Shown here piece after piece: positions 62,445 to 64,000 of a stretch of 64,000 nucleotides of DNA. How positions within the stretch are numbered: the first letter of the stretch is position 1; every line of letters begins with the position of its first letter. A program made the position numbers and the translations under genes. The notes beneath the pieces are model-generated. The model did no database searches. It was not told where the DNA came from and saw only the letters and a program-made list of their open reading frames with translations. This DNA is from Octopus vulgaris (taxonomy: Eukaryota), in NCBI GenBank assembly GCA_951406725.2, contig OX597817.1:102610001-102674000 (forward strand), read 5' to 3'.

Positions 62445-63040
62445 AAGCCGGCAAGCTGGCAGGATCGTTAGCACGCTGGGCAAAAATGCTTAGCGGCATT
62501 TCGTCTGTCTTTACGTTCTGAGTTGAAATGCTGCCGAGGTCGAATTTGCCTTTCATTCTTTCGATATCGATAAAATAAGTACCAGTTGAACACAGAAGGT
62601 GATGTAATCGACTCATCCTCTCCACTAAAATTGCTGGCCATGTGCCAAAATTTGAAACCAATATGACAGAGTATATTTCGACATGCTTAACATAACAACA
62701 ATTTTTAGAGAGGAACAAGATATATATATATATATATAGGCCTGTTTGTGTGATAAGTAAGTTGTTTCCCAATCACATGGTTCCGGCATGTTACCTTGGG
62801 TAAGTGTCTTCTACTATAGCCACCGGCCGATTAAAGCCGTGTGAGTAGATTTGGTAGGCGGAAACTGAAAGAAGCCCGTCGTAAATATATCTATATGTAT
62901 GTGTGTATGAGAGTGTGTGCGCGCGCGCGTTTTTTGTCTGTGTTCCCCCACCTCCACCTCTTGACAACCGGTTCAGCAAAAGAGACCGACAGAATAAGTA
63001 TCATAAATTTTTCAAGGCGGTGCCGCAGTCTAATGATTAA
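62445..63040 (+). mobile_element. SINE family A (~62445-62663) and degraded family B (~62740-63040) copies
   Basis: Similarity to the reference copies at 43375 and 60233. Confidence 0.8.
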
Positions 63041-63800
63041 AACAATTATATATATAGACAGCATAAAATCTTCGATGTCTTTCTCTTTATGGTCTCTGTT
63101 TTTGTTTCGTTTTTTTTTTGTTGGTTTTTTTTTCTTGTGCAGTTGGGGGTACCACGACCAGAATATGAGCCAGTTTTTATCAATGTAAAAGGAGTCTGCT
63201 AAAAGCGATGCGAAAACTGTTTGCTATTTTGGAGGTTAAAGCAATTAACCCAGAAATGTTAAGCTTTTGGCCTTGACAACAGACGAACGAGCAAAAATAA
63301 AGTATAGAACACGTGTGTATGTATGTATCTATGTATAAAATGAATGAGATTTCGAATGATTTCAAAGGATTTCGAATTATATTCAATTGTAATAAGAGTC
63401 GATGAAAGTAGAAGATATAAAAACAGAACATCAACAGAAAAAATAGCTGATAATGAACAGCTTTAACATCAAATGTGATTATCTGTATGATAATACAGCC
63501 ATCAATACAAAACAGATCTGCTTGCACAATGCACTGTGCAACTGTGAAAAGAAAGCTGCATTGAGAGGATGTCAACGTTTCAAATAAAAGACTCAGTTGA
63601 ACGAGAAAACCTAGCTGTCAGCCATTATTTGTCAACTAACAGTATGACAAATATAAAATCAACAGTGAGTTTTTAGTTGAGGAAATCTAGCGGTATGACA
63701 AAATATTTCATCTCTCCTTTCTTAAAAACATTTCTAAAGTCAATAAATTATGTATGTATGTATGTATGTATGTATGTATGTATGTATGTATGTATGTATG

Positions 63801-63831
<31 letters not shown>

Positions 63832-63886
63832 GTGTGTACGTACGTATATGTAGGTAGGTACGTACGTACGTACGCACGTATGTGTG

Positions 63887-64000
63887 AGAGCCATGGCCTA
63901 GCGGTTAGGGTGCTGCACTCACAAACGCAAGATCGTGGTTTCAATTTCCTCACGGAGAGGGCAAAACACTTCATCTTATTTTGCTCTGCTATCATGTCGA
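63887..64000 (+). mobile_element. tRNA-derived SINE head (family C-related), truncated by the window end
   Basis: tggcctagcggttagggtgc...gtggtttcaatttcc...gggcaaaacactt. Confidence 0.6.

Noticed and set aside
63180-63575. 131-aa hydrophobic minus-strand ORF with a strong acceptor near 63542
   Set aside because: No recognisable motif, it runs through an ATAC repeat, and T-rich composition explains the hydrophobicity

Overview
AT-rich, microsatellite-saturated animal genomic DNA with no confidently identifiable intact host gene. The repeat content is consistent with a coleoid cephalopod such as Octopus; this is an inference from the SINE repertoire and SSR load. The centrepiece is a young, apparently intact Penelope-like retroelement (34367-38900, +). 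It has near-identical ~263-bp direct pseudo-LTRs, each carrying a variant minimal hammerhead ribozyme, and a CCAAT/TATA promoter. Unusually it has two overlapping ORFs: a 430-aa ORF1 and a -1-frame RT/GIY-YIG ORF, joined over a T TTT TTT slippery heptamer that is a candidate programmed -1 frameshift site. A second, non-coding hammerhead-bearing element with 277-bp inverted repeats lies at 27581-30367. The rest is TE debris: CR1-like, RTE-like (C2H2 fingers) and Dong/R4 LINE fragments, hAT, MULE-like, Merlin-like, mariner and Helitron-like DNA elements, and several SINE families. There is also an intron-containing tRNA-Met pseudogene and a few weak candidate host exons. All coordinates and alignments were read by eye; no searches were run.
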